Of a stretch of DNA of 64,000 nucleotides, positions 1 to 9,412 are shown piece by piece (position 1 is the first letter of the stretch; each line of letters starts with the position of its first letter). The position numbers were made by a program, and so were the translations under genes. The DNA lies in the IMG/VR virus record IMGVR_UViG_3300047160_002053, positions 1 to 64,000 of that record; one strand, written 5' to 3'. Under the pieces are notes generated by a model. That model did no database searches. It was not told where the DNA came from and was given only the letters and a program-made list of their open reading frames with translations. Source of the DNA: a virus.

Positions 1-1
1 G

Positions 2-904
2 GCCAACGTAGAAAAGGGCACTCCTGAATGGGATTTTTTCTCAAAAGCCAACATGATGTGCGTAGACGAAAGCCATACTTGGGGAGCAGAGACTCTTGAA
101 GCAGTTTGCCACGGCATTCTTTCTGAAGTGCCTTATAGATTTTTCATGTCCGGAACACAGACCCGTGGAGATGGCGGCGAAAAGCTTTTGCAAAGCATTA
201 TCGGCCAGACGGTCCATACACTGTCCACGTCTGAGGCTATTAAGGGCGGATTTATTTCCGATCACGATTTCCTAATCGTTGATATTGAATCTTCAGACCC
301 AAATCGTAGCTCTGCGGATATCTTGGAAATGAAGCGCATTCATTTCCTTCGCAATAGAAATATCGCGGCTTTCATCGCAAAACTAGCAAACGCATCAGCG
401 GCCAAAGGCGAGCAGACGCTTGTTTTGGTTGAAGAATTGAGTCAGATTGCGATGTTGATCCCGCTTCTAAATTGTACCTACGCCTATGCCCATTCCGAAA
501 AGAATGCCAAGAAGCTAAACGAACTCCACGCGAATACTGGCGTCCTACTTGAAAAAGTAGATCGCGCAGCGTCCGTTGAAAAATTCAATAAGAACCAGGC
601 CAAAGTCCTAATCGGCACTTCCTGCATCGCAACTGGTACAAATATTTACCCTATGCGTTATACGTGTAACTGGGTAGGCGGATCTTCTGAGATCAAAACC
701 AAGCAAGGTGCGGTTGGTCGCACAGTGCGTCTATTTGAACAAAACGAATTTGCCCATCTGTGTCAAAAACCAGCGATGAAAACCGTTGTAGACTTCAATG
801 TTTACGACATTTTTGTGCTGAAAAAACACCTTGAAGAACGCTGTCTTTTTTACCGAGATTCGGGCACCGCTATTCGCCGCATCAAAATAAAACGAAGCGC
901 GTAA
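2..904 (+). CDS. Superfamily II DExH helicase (UvsW-like), 5' truncated by the window
   Basis: Frame is open from the window edge. Motif II CVDESH, motif III MSGT, motif V ATGTNIY, motif VI-like QGAVGRTVR. Confidence 0.85.
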   Translation, partial: ANVEKGTPEWDFFSKANMMCVDESHTWGAETLEAVCHGILSEVPYRFFMSGTQTRGDGGEKLLQSIIGQTVHTLSTSEAIKGGFISDHDFLIVDIESSDPNRSSADILEMKRIHFLRNRNIAAFIAKLANASAAKGEQTLVLVEELSQIAMLIPLLNCTYAYAHSEKNAKKLNELHANTGVLLEKVDRAASVEKFNKNQAKVLIGTSCIATGTNIYPMRYTCNWVGGSSEIKTKQGAVGRTVRLFEQNEFAHLCQKPAMKTVVDFNVYDIFVLKKHLEERCLFYRDSGTAIRRIKIKRSA

Positions 905-966
905 GTACCGATATGATATATAGATTCTGAAACCTTACAAAATAGGTTAAGAAGGAATCTAGTATC

Positions 967-2073
967 GTGGCAAAGTACAAAAAACAAGAGGGTTTCGACG
1001 ACTCTTTCTATAAGCTTGCAAAGGAAGTCACGGCAGCTATCGACCGGAATAAAACCGACGACGATGAGAAGCTGAACTCCACCGAAGCACAGAAACGTCA
1101 GGTCGAAGAACTCTTGGACGCTGAAATCAAGTTCCGTGAAGTCATCTTGAAGTATCGCCAATCCACGGAGATCTACAAGAAGTTCGTGCAGAAAGTTTGT
1201 GACGTGAACAAGAATATCTTGTCCGCTCGTCCGTATTTCCGCGAAACAGCCGTGACTTTTAGTAAGAAGATCACTCCCTGCATCAAAGCTGCATCGAACA
1301 AAGAAAGTACGGGCACCAGAGAGACGATCAAACAGGGCGTGGAAGACCTGAAAAAATTCAATATCAACTTCCAACTCATCAAATTTATTCGAGATAATTG
1401 GCTTGGGCCATTTCCAAAACGTGCCGAACAGCTTTATATTCGCGTCGAAACCGCAAGACGCATTCTGATCGAAAATAACATGCCATTGGCCATCAATCGC
1501 GCCAAGCTTTTCTATCGTAAGACACCAAAATCTCATCTATCGCTCATGGACATGATCGGAATCTGTGGCATGGGCCTCGCTGCAGGCATCGACAAGTGGT
1601 GTGGAACTTACTCGCCAGTCTTTCGTTCCGTATGTATTGGTCGAATGGTTGGAAATCTTATTGACTCTTATTCGGAAACTATGTTACATTTCTACCCATC
1701 GGATAAACGTATCCTTTACAAGGCTCATACGATCCGTGGTCGAAAAGGCATCGACGAAATCCATGCACTAACCGCTGCCGTCAATCAGTCGTTCAAAGAC
1801 GACGAGAAAGAGGGCAAATCAATACCCAAAAATGAGGTAACGGTGAGCGAATTAAGTTATCTGATGAGCGCGTCCAGCACGGTCAGCGCGGATCAGACCA
1901 TTCAGGTGAACGACGAAGGTGAATTCGGCGTTTATGACTTTACACCGGACGAAAATCAGGATATAGAAGGTGACTACATCGCTCGTGAAGAAACTGCAGA
2001 GATGTTGGCTTATGCAGCAAAACTACCACTTTTACACAGAAAAATTTTGAAACTCAAGGGGATCAAAATATGA
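967..2073 (+). CDS. RNA polymerase sigma70-family factor
   Basis: Region-2-like ARRILIENNMPLAINRAK...LSLMDMIGICGMGLAAGIDKW. The C-terminal LPLLHRKILKL resembles the start of region 4, then the protein ends. Confidence 0.8.
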   Translation: MAKYKKQEGFDDSFYKLAKEVTAAIDRNKTDDDEKLNSTEAQKRQVEELLDAEIKFREVILKYRQSTEIYKKFVQKVCDVNKNILSARPYFRETAVTFSKKITPCIKAASNKESTGTRETIKQGVEDLKKFNINFQLIKFIRDNWLGPFPKRAEQLYIRVETARRILIENNMPLAINRAKLFYRKTPKSHLSLMDMIGICGMGLAAGIDKWCGTYSPVFRSVCIGRMVGNLIDSYSETMLHFYPSDKRILYKAHTIRGRKGIDEIHALTAAVNQSFKDDEKEGKSIPKNEVTVSELSYLMSASSTVSADQTIQVNDEGEFGVYDFTPDENQDIEGDYIAREETAEMLAYAAKLPLLHRKILKLKGIKI

Positions 2074-2375
2074 AATCAATCAATAAGTATATCGTTGAAA
2101 CGTACAAAGAAGACCGCGCTCTGAAGGCCGAAGTTAAAAACGGCTTTGCTATGGTCCAACAAAAAGTCACCGTCAAAGGCCTGAAGCTTTTGGCTGATGC
2201 TGTAATCACTATGGGTGGAACTGCCCTGGAGATTCCCGCAGGATCTGTGGTTTTTATTAAAGAAGGCGCTCTTCAGTCTCAGCCTTGGGCTAAAGCGGCT
2301 TTTTCTGCAGAGGGAGTGGAAGGCGATTTTATGATCGTTGAGCCAAACTTTGTAGAGTTTGTGAGCCAAAAATGA
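2070..2375 (+). CDS. GroES-like co-chaperonin (divergent)
   Basis: 101 aa. Pattern matches the Cpn10 layout: N-terminal strand, mobile-loop-like KNGFAM, IPAGSVVF, C-terminal EGDFMIV. Confidence 0.45.
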   Translation: MKSINKYIVETYKEDRALKAEVKNGFAMVQQKVTVKGLKLLADAVITMGGTALEIPAGSVVFIKEGALQSQPWAKAAFSAEGVEGDFMIVEPNFVEFVSQK

Positions 2376-3349
2376 GAATTCTCCGTGTAGGTGATCCGCA
2401 TATTCGTCCTGCGAATATTGACGAAGCCAATCGTCTGATGGGTTTCGTGAAACAAATCGTTCTCGGTGGAAAAATCGACCGCCTAGAGATTCTTGGTGAT
2501 CTTTTCCATACGCACGCAGTTATTCGCCTTGAGGTTCTGGAATTCTGGAATACTTGGCTTCAGGTTTTCCGAGATATCGTTGAAACCGTCGTCCTTGTTG
2601 GTAATCACGATATGAGCGGCGACCACAATTCTCGCAGTCACGCTTTGATTGCGTTTAAGAGGTTACAAAATGAAAAGCTCAGAATTATTGACTCCCCAAC
2701 TGCAATTGGACCATTTGTCTATGCCCCATACATCCACGGAGAATCTGCGTTTAAGGATGCAGTACGGGCAGCTACTCGTCCAGAATCCAAGGTTCTCGTG
2801 TGTCATCAGACCTTCTCTGGATCTCAGTATGACAACGGATTCTACGCTAAAGATGGATTCAACCCAGACGATCTCCCATTCGATAAAATCATCTCTGGAC
2901 ACATTCACAAAGAGCAGATTTTCGCAAACGGCAAAGTCGATTATCCTGGCACCCCTAAATGGGATTCTATTTCTGATGCTAATGAGCGTAAGGGCCTCTG
3001 GCTCTACGAACACACAGAAGACGGAAAAGTCCTCTCGCGAGATTTGATTCCTACTGACAAAGTGTGTCAGCCCATCGTGTCATATACGTGGAATGAGGGC
3101 GACGACATGCCGACGATTCCTGAAGGGTCTCGCGCACTTGTCGAGATTATTGGCTCAGGAGACTTCATTACGAAGGCGAAGACAAAGCTCAAAGGTAAGG
3201 CTTCTGTAAGCTCCAAAGTAACAGACAAAGTGCAAAAAAGAGAGCGCAGGAATATAAATTCACTTGAAAATTTCATTTTGAACCATTATATTGGAACTAT
3301 GGATCGCCAAGAATTGCTCAGCTATGCTAAGGAGATCGGGATTGTCTGA
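2372..3349 (+). CDS. SbcD/Mre11-like nuclease (gp47-like)
   Basis: Metallophosphoesterase motifs GDPH, GDLFH, GNHD, CHQ, GHIH. An SbcC partner lies downstream. Confidence 0.85.
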   Translation: MRILRVGDPHIRPANIDEANRLMGFVKQIVLGGKIDRLEILGDLFHTHAVIRLEVLEFWNTWLQVFRDIVETVVLVGNHDMSGDHNSRSHALIAFKRLQNEKLRIIDSPTAIGPFVYAPYIHGESAFKDAVRAATRPESKVLVCHQTFSGSQYDNGFYAKDGFNPDDLPFDKIISGHIHKEQIFANGKVDYPGTPKWDSISDANERKGLWLYEHTEDGKVLSRDLIPTDKVCQPIVSYTWNEGDDMPTIPEGSRALVEIIGSGDFITKAKTKLKGKASVSSKVTDKVQKRERRNINSLENFILNHYIGTMDRQELLSYAKEIGIV

Positions 3350-3776
3350 CGAAAAAACGTCCCAGCAAACGGTGCGCGAAATGGCCAAACTTGCATTGGC
3401 TTCAAATCGCATTTCTGACGTTCAGGAAAAAAACCTGAAGATGTACCCGTTTGTCTTTTTCAATGGCGTCTTATCTGCCAATATTGATTACGACTTCACG
3501 AACAATCAACATGTTGAGACCGAAGAGAAGGTGAACTCTGAAGAAGACGTGAAAAAAGGCAAGGAAAAGCTTGAAATCAAATACAAGTTCAACAAGCTTA
3601 CGACCGAACATTTCCACGTTACATACCGACTCTCTATTGCCAAAGACGCCGAAAATGAAAACCTCGAAAAACGCTTCGATATTCTGACAAAAGCCATTCG
3701 CGGCCTTTTCTGGAATGAGACGAAAGTGAAGGTTTTCTTCAATAACGAATTGAAATACGAGAGTAAAGATGTCTGA
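3342..3776 (+). CDS. Hypothetical protein
   Basis: AAGGAG RBS before TTG at 3342, in frame with the track ORF 3291..3776. Confidence 0.6.
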   Translation: MSDEKTSQQTVREMAKLALASNRISDVQEKNLKMYPFVFFNGVLSANIDYDFTNNQHVETEEKVNSEEDVKKGKEKLEIKYKFNKLTTEHFHVTYRLSIAKDAENENLEKRFDILTKAIRGLFWNETKVKVFFNNELKYESKDV

Positions 3777-4419
3777 CGAAAAATTGCCCACAGTAATTGA
3801 AGATGCGGTTTCGGATATGACCGAAAAAGACCTTGAACTCGTTCAAAAGTTTAAGGACGAAGGTCTTCCTAATATCGCTACGGTTGACGCCGAGAAGATG
3901 GAGCGCATGATGAGCCTCTATTTGTCTGGCAAGCCCTATACGCAGATTTCAATGGTCATGAATATCAGCAAATCAATGGTCCTCTATCTCTCGGATCGCT
4001 ATCAATGGTTTGAACTGAAAAAAGCCTATATCACAGAGCTAGAAAGCATTTCCCGCGCACGGCTGGCCGAATTTAATTTGGTTAACCAGGACTTCCTTCT
4101 TCAGTTAGCGCACATGTTTCAGAAGAAGATCGGCAGTAAGGTAACTAAGTACCTGGCTACTGATAATGAGGCATTCGCCAACTCGGTAGACCCAAAAGAT
4201 GTTGACAAATATCTCAAGGTTGTCGATACTTTGCAGCGCACCATCTCGGGCAAGAATCCCCCTCCTTCTGCTCCTGCCGTAGGTTTGAACCTGGGCGACG
4301 GAGTGACTATCGTCAAGAAAGGCGATAATGAGGTTGAAATTACGCCAAAATCGCGTGTAATCGGGGATATACTGAAAGAATTTGCGGATTCTCGAAGAGA
4401 AGAAGAAAAAAAGAAATAA
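3769..4419 (+). CDS. HTH protein, possible terminase small subunit
   Basis: SLYLSGKPYTQISMVMNISKSMV...RYQW is an HTH followed by Trp and then helical segments, as in TerS N-termini. Confidence 0.4.
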   Translation: MSDEKLPTVIEDAVSDMTEKDLELVQKFKDEGLPNIATVDAEKMERMMSLYLSGKPYTQISMVMNISKSMVLYLSDRYQWFELKKAYITELESISRARLAEFNLVNQDFLLQLAHMFQKKIGSKVTKYLATDNEAFANSVDPKDVDKYLKVVDTLQRTISGKNPPPSAPAVGLNLGDGVTIVKKGDNEVEITPKSRVIGDILKEFADSRREEEKKK

Positions 4420-4466
4420 GTTGTGATATACACATTGAAATAGCCCAGTGAGGCGAAGGAGAGAAA

Positions 4467-5468
4467 ATGAAAGTTTTGACTAAAATTGCAGTAGGTGCCT
4501 TGCTCGCCGCTGTCCTGGCTTTGGTTCCGTTGACGGCAACCTCGAAGGCCGCGAGTCAGAGTAAGCCGCAGGTTAAAAAGATCGTTTTGAACAGCGATAA
4601 TACGCTAGTTCTGAATGACGTTATTACGGGCGAATCCGTAGCAACAGTTATCAGTAAAGCAAAAGAGCTTGACTCTTCGGGCAATTTACTTGGAAAAGTC
4701 GGTGTTGCTCGCAAGCCGATCTATATGTACGTTCGCAGTCCTGGTGGAGAGATCCAATCCGGTCTTGAGATGCTTGAGGCTTTGAAAGGCTTGAATCGTC
4801 CGGTTAACACGATCACCGCGTTTGGTGCGTCGATGGCTTTCCAAACTGTTCAACAGCTTGGTAAACGCTATATCACTCGTTCTGGTGTTTTGATGAGCCA
4901 CAGAGCTAAAGGTGGATTCGAGGGTGAATTCGGCGGTCAACGTCCGAGCCAAATCGACAGCCGCAAAACTTTGTGGGAATCTCGTTTGGATGAAATGGAT
5001 CAAGATACTGTTAATCGCACAAACGGCAAACAGACTATGGCTTCATACCAAAAGGCTTATGCTTCTGAGATGTGGGTTACTGGAACTCAAGCAGTTGAGC
5101 AAGGTTACGCAGATGAAGTTGTGCAAGTTTCCTGTGACGACAGCTTGTCTGGAGTTACTACTCATCACATCAATTTCATGGGCTTGATCAACATCGACTA
5201 CGATCTTGACAATTGCCCGCTCAATAGCGCTCCTATGAACATCCGTATCTCTCGCATCTTGACTAACAAAGGTATGATGTCGATGGACGATTTCATGGCT
5301 AAGAAAGGCGAATTTGGCTCTTCTTGCTTGGTTGCTTCTGGCACCGACAAAGAAAAAGTTTGCGCGTCTGATACTAGCCTGACTATGGAATCGCTGATCA
5401 AAGCTAAAGAGCAATTCCGTTCGCAATACAACAACATCCAGGGCCGTATTCAACCATACGGAATCTAA
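4467..5468 (+). CDS. ClpP-like serine protease with N-terminal signal peptide
   Basis: SPGG, GASMA (catalytic Ser), LMSH (His), AVEQGYADEV. Sec-type leader MKVLTKIAVGALLAAVLALVPLTA. Confidence 0.8.
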   Translation: MKVLTKIAVGALLAAVLALVPLTATSKAASQSKPQVKKIVLNSDNTLVLNDVITGESVATVISKAKELDSSGNLLGKVGVARKPIYMYVRSPGGEIQSGLEMLEALKGLNRPVNTITAFGASMAFQTVQQLGKRYITRSGVLMSHRAKGGFEGEFGGQRPSQIDSRKTLWESRLDEMDQDTVNRTNGKQTMASYQKAYASEMWVTGTQAVEQGYADEVVQVSCDDSLSGVTTHHINFMGLINIDYDLDNCPLNSAPMNIRISRILTNKGMMSMDDFMAKKGEFGSSCLVASGTDKEKVCASDTSLTMESLIKAKEQFRSQYNNIQGRIQPYGI

Positions 5469-5469
5469 G

Positions 5470-5724
5470 ATGCCACTGATTGTTTACGCATGTTCATGCG
5501 GACATTCTGAGAAAAAATTCATGAGGCAGGCCAAAGATGCGCCTGCCTCTTTTCCTTGTACAACTTGCAATTCATCTCAGATGAAAAAACAGTTGTCTTC
5601 TCCAAGTTCTTCGTCTAAGATAGTAGTTGATAACGGAGTCCAGGCTCGCGCCGTGGAAATCGTGCCAGACATTATCGAGATCAATAAAGCACGATCTGAA
5701 AAAGACTACAGGAACGAGGATTAA
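5470..5724 (+). CDS. FmdB-like zinc-ribbon protein
   Basis: MPLIVYACSCGH...CTTC pattern. Confidence 0.65.
   Translation: MPLIVYACSCGHSEKKFMRQAKDAPASFPCTTCNSSQMKKQLSSPSSSSKIVVDNGVQARAVEIVPDIIEINKARSEKDYRNED
5523..5554 (+). terminator. Putative intrinsic terminator after the exported ClpP gene
   Basis: 9-bp stem GAGGCAGGC/GCCTGCCTC, 9-nt loop, followed by TTTTT. Confidence 0.5.
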
Positions 5725-7788
5725 ATGCTCAAACTGAAAAATCTTACGCTCAGCGGTATTGGTCGCTTTGTGAAAGAACAGTCTATCGAATTCACTACAC
5801 TTGGATCATTGGTTCAGGTGGACGGTGAAAACAGGAACACTAATGGTTCGTCGGGTTCAGGAAAAAGTACGCTTTTTAATGCTCTGGACTATCTTTTGGG
5901 TCTTAATGACCTTCCGACTACTGTGCTCCAATCTCGTCTCACTAAAGATCCGATTTCTGTCATTGGTACATTCGATTGGGATGGCCAAGAAGTCGTAATT
6001 GAACGCTCCAAGAAGGGATTCAGCATCTCGGTCGCCGGACAGGTTGTTGAAGGCTCTAGCAAGCTTACAGAAGAGAAGCTTGACCAAATCCTTGGCATGT
6101 CCAGGGATCTATTCAGAAAAATCCTACATAAACGTCAAAAAGAAGGCGGTTTCTTCCTAGATTTCACGCCAAAGCAAATGTATGCGTTTTTGACCGATTG
6201 TCTCAATTTGAAAGAAGAGCAAAAGAAGCTCGATATCGTTGAGGCCAAATTGAAAGAGTTAGAAACTAAAAAAAGCGCTGGACAACAGATGGTTTTGACG
6301 CTACAGTCTAGCTTGAGTGCTACCCAGGAATCCATTTTGGCTTTGGGACTGCCTCCGATTAGAGACATACACCAACCAGTCGTTTTAGAACTGAAAGGAA
6401 AGTACGATGACTCAAAAAAGAAGCACGAAGAAGTCGAACAAAGGCACCGCGTCGAAGCGCAAGAACTCGAAGCGCGTCGTCCGCAAACAAAAGTCGAAGC
6501 CTACGATGTACGGAAACAAGAAGCTCTCGCAAGCCGACAAAGAGAGCTTGAACGCGCTTGTACCGATTCAGCAACCGCTGAACGTACCCGTGTTAGTCGA
6601 GTCAATCAAGACATCTCTGCGCTCTCTACTGAGCGGTATCGTCTCGGCTCTATCGTCCGCGAAGGCGAAAACGCTAAAGTTTCTGCGTCTCAATTAGCAT
6701 CTGAGATCAAAAAGATCAGGGACGCCATTTGCCCGACCTGCGAACAGAGTTGGGTGACGGATACTGCCAAACTCAAAGAGACAGAACTTCTGACCAAGCT
6801 AGCGAAGCTCAAGGAAGCTATCCAGAGCGGTGCATTGGCCACGGAAGCCCTCAAAAAGGCAGAGGCTGACCTTTTGGCTAAGCAGACTGAGGCTATTCCT
6901 GTAGAAGATCCTGAAGTGCCTAAAATGCGCCAGGAGATCCTTCAGATCGAGGCTGAAATTAAGGCCGAGAAACTTAACGCAGCTAATCATATCGCATTGC
7001 AAAACGCAGCAAATAGCAGCATTTTGCAGCATTTTGCAGCAGAGCAGTCATCTCTTCGCGCACGACAAATGCAAGAAGCAGAGCAGGCCCGTGGTCAGAT
7101 GGACGTTGATCGCCGCGCATTTGAAGCTGCAGCTATGAAACTGAAAGCTTTCAATGACGCGCACGCTAGATATGAAACTGCATTGAAAAATATGAAAGAA
7201 AACGAAGGCCAATATCAATCCAACCTCTCTTTGGCCAAAACAAATCTGGCAGCGACCGAAAAAGAATATGCGAAAGCCGAAGAACTTCGCAAGGTAACAA
7301 AGGCCCATATTTCTTCTTCGTTTGACGAAGCCCTTGAAACCATTGGGGATGCTGCCACGAAACTTATTCGTTGCATTCCTAATATGTCTAATGCTACAAT
7401 TCAATTTGAAGGTCAAAAAGAGACTAAAGACGGAAAAATCAAAGAAGAAGTCAATGCTGTGATAAGCATGGATGGGTTCATTGGAATTCCGATCAAATCC
7501 TTGTCGGGCGGAGAACGCTCGTCTGTCGATTTGGCTGTTGATCTCTCGGTCATTGACTTTGTAGAAAGTAAATCGGCCAAAGGTATTGACGTTTTTATTC
7601 TTGACGAACCGTTCACAGGACTGGATACTGTAAGTGTCGAAATGGCACTAGAAGTATTGAAGAACTCGAACTCAAACAAGCGACTCATCGTGGTAGACCA
7701 TAATCCAGAGGTCAAACAGATGGTTAGCAATAGATTGGTTGTTGTGCGTGAAGGTGACACGAGCAATGTCCAAAGTCAGGAGCAATAA
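5725..7788 (+). CDS. SbcC/Rad50-like SMC ATPase (gp46-like)
   Basis: Walker A GSSGSGKS, long coiled coil with CPTC zinc hook, signature LSGGE, Walker B ILDEP. Confidence 0.9.
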   Translation: MLKLKNLTLSGIGRFVKEQSIEFTTLGSLVQVDGENRNTNGSSGSGKSTLFNALDYLLGLNDLPTTVLQSRLTKDPISVIGTFDWDGQEVVIERSKKGFSISVAGQVVEGSSKLTEEKLDQILGMSRDLFRKILHKRQKEGGFFLDFTPKQMYAFLTDCLNLKEEQKKLDIVEAKLKELETKKSAGQQMVLTLQSSLSATQESILALGLPPIRDIHQPVVLELKGKYDDSKKKHEEVEQRHRVEAQELEARRPQTKVEAYDVRKQEALASRQRELERACTDSATAERTRVSRVNQDISALSTERYRLGSIVREGENAKVSASQLASEIKKIRDAICPTCEQSWVTDTAKLKETELLTKLAKLKEAIQSGALATEALKKAEADLLAKQTEAIPVEDPEVPKMRQEILQIEAEIKAEKLNAANHIALQNAANSSILQHFAAEQSSLRARQMQEAEQARGQMDVDRRAFEAAAMKLKAFNDAHARYETALKNMKENEGQYQSNLSLAKTNLAATEKEYAKAEELRKVTKAHISSSFDEALETIGDAATKLIRCIPNMSNATIQFEGQKETKDGKIKEEVNAVISMDGFIGIPIKSLSGGERSSVDLAVDLSVIDFVESKSAKGIDVFILDEPFTGLDTVSVEMALEVLKNSNSNKRLIVVDHNPEVKQMVSNRLVVVREGDTSNVQSQEQ

Positions 7789-8123
7789 TGTCACACACAG
7801 AAACCATCGAACAGGAGCTACGACAGTTTCTCGAAGATTCTCAGAACCTTTCGAGACAGGATAAGTACACGCAACTGAAAGCTATCTTTGATAAGCACTT
7901 TGCGATGGAAAAAGTTGATCATATGTTGACAGGCGGAGATTTCCATGATATTGTCTCCTACGCTAAAGGGCAGTTTGCTCACTTGACATTGCCAGTTAAG
8001 CTTGGTAAGAAAGAACTCTACCCTACAGATGTTCCGCACGTAATGATGATTGAAGCAGTGATTTCATATCTTAACAAAAACAAATTGCTCAAGCGATTAG
8101 TAAAGCTTGACTATCAGAGGTAA
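7788..8123 (+). CDS. Hypothetical protein
   Basis: Translationally coupled ORF with RBS. Confidence 0.65.
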   Translation: MSHTETIEQELRQFLEDSQNLSRQDKYTQLKAIFDKHFAMEKVDHMLTGGDFHDIVSYAKGQFAHLTLPVKLGKKELYPTDVPHVMMIEAVISYLNKNKLLKRLVKLDYQR

Positions 8124-8125
8124 CT

Positions 8126-8299
8126 ATGGACGCAAAATTACGCAGAACCGCAATGATTAACTCAGGTCTTTTAGCCTTTTCATTTCTTTCAACGACCCTT
8201 CAAATGGCAACTTCGGGCCATCCCGTTGTCGCTCTGATCGGCGCAATTGCTACCGGCCTGACCGTTAAAGATGTTGTTGATTTTTACAACGCAAAATAA
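8126..8299 (+). CDS. Small two-helix membrane protein (57 aa), not in the ORF track
   Basis: MDAKLRRTAMINSGLLAFSFLSTTLQMATSGHPVVALIGAIATGLTVKDVVDFYNAK. GAGG RBS; fills the gap between neighbours. Confidence 0.65.
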   Translation: MDAKLRRTAMINSGLLAFSFLSTTLQMATSGHPVVALIGAIATGLTVKDVVDFYNAK

Positions 8300-8311
8300 G
8301 GAGAACTAACA

Positions 8312-8593
8312 ATGGCTCAATACGATTTGGAAAATAAACTGTTCAAACTTCCTGGCGGACAAGAATTCAAAGACGAAGTTGATCGTCTTTCTGTGCCCCA
8401 GCTGGAAGCTCGCATTTCTCGTATGCAAAAAGATCTTGATGACTCGGAAGAGCACAAGAAAAATAACGAAGCTTTGAACAAGGTTAAAAACGAGAAAGCA
8501 GAACTCGAAGGTCCTTACAATGACGTGAAGAAAGCTGTCAAAGTTAAGACCAAATATATCATCGAATTGATTAAGGAAAAAGGCGGACAGTAA
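8312..8593 (+). CDS. Hypothetical coiled-coil protein
   Basis: Strong AAGGAG RBS; heptad pattern. Confidence 0.7.
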   Translation: MAQYDLENKLFKLPGGQEFKDEVDRLSVPQLEARISRMQKDLDDSEEHKKNNEALNKVKNEKAELEGPYNDVKKAVKVKTKYIIELIKEKGGQ

Positions 8594-8817
8594 TGCGCTG
8601 TCCCCAATGTGTGATTGAAAACACAGTGGATCGAAACTGGAGAGGATGGACTTCTCGTATTGAATCTCCATCAACATGGACATTTACTGTCCAGTGCATC
8701 AATGGTCATTTGTTCAATGTGAGAAACGGTATTCCGACAATCGTAAAGCTTGCCGGTAAGCCGTTAAAGGTAGAAATTCCTAATGTCAAGCAATTTAGCT
8801 TCAGAAAGAATCCTTAG
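8593..8817 (+). CDS. Small putative zinc-binding protein
   Basis: CPQC...CINGH; coupled TAATG start. Confidence 0.55.
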   Translation: MRCPQCVIENTVDRNWRGWTSRIESPSTWTFTVQCINGHLFNVRNGIPTIVKLAGKPLKVEIPNVKQFSFRKNP

Positions 8818-9412
8818 CCTAGACATGTCTACCAAGACTGGATGGGCACTCGTGGTGAGCGAGAAGGATTCGTATACCCTAGAAGAGTACGGACAGATCC
8901 CACAAATGCCGGAACCCGCAGGACAATATCCTGGTAACTTCATTGACTGGGCCTACGCTTTATATGCTCATATTGTGAGCCTCGTAGATCGTCTGGCACC
9001 CGATGTTTTGGTTATCGAGGAAACGGCATCTGGATCAAAGAATATTTATTCGCAGAAAATTCTCGAATGGCTACACTTTTTAGTTGCAAAAATGATTAAA
9101 GAGAGTAGAATGCGTGCTGTATATCTCATGACGGAACAGTGGAGACGTGAAACTGGATGCGTCATGTCAAAAGAAGAGAAGAAGAAAAACAAACAGGTTC
9201 GCGAATACAAAAAATCGCACGATGTCTCTATTGCCTATGATAAAGATGGTAAGAGAATCGGACTTGTAGGTCGTAAGCATGTGAACGTAAGACGTGCGAA
9301 CGAGGTCTTTGGAGAGTTTCTAAGGGAACCCCTTCGCAAGAAGGACGAAGATACTGCCGACTCCCTAATGTTGGCCTATGCCTACCACTTACGAAGGATG
9401 AGAACTGTATGA
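8783..9412 (+). CDS. RuvC-like Holliday junction resolvase
   Basis: ILSLDMSTKTGWA, LVIEE and DTADSLMLA give the RNase H-fold acidic catalytic residues. Confidence 0.75.
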   Translation: MSSNLASERILSLDMSTKTGWALVVSEKDSYTLEEYGQIPQMPEPAGQYPGNFIDWAYALYAHIVSLVDRLAPDVLVIEETASGSKNIYSQKILEWLHFLVAKMIKESRMRAVYLMTEQWRRETGCVMSKEEKKKNKQVREYKKSHDVSIAYDKDGKRIGLVGRKHVNVRRANEVFGEFLREPLRKKDEDTADSLMLAYAYHLRRMRTV

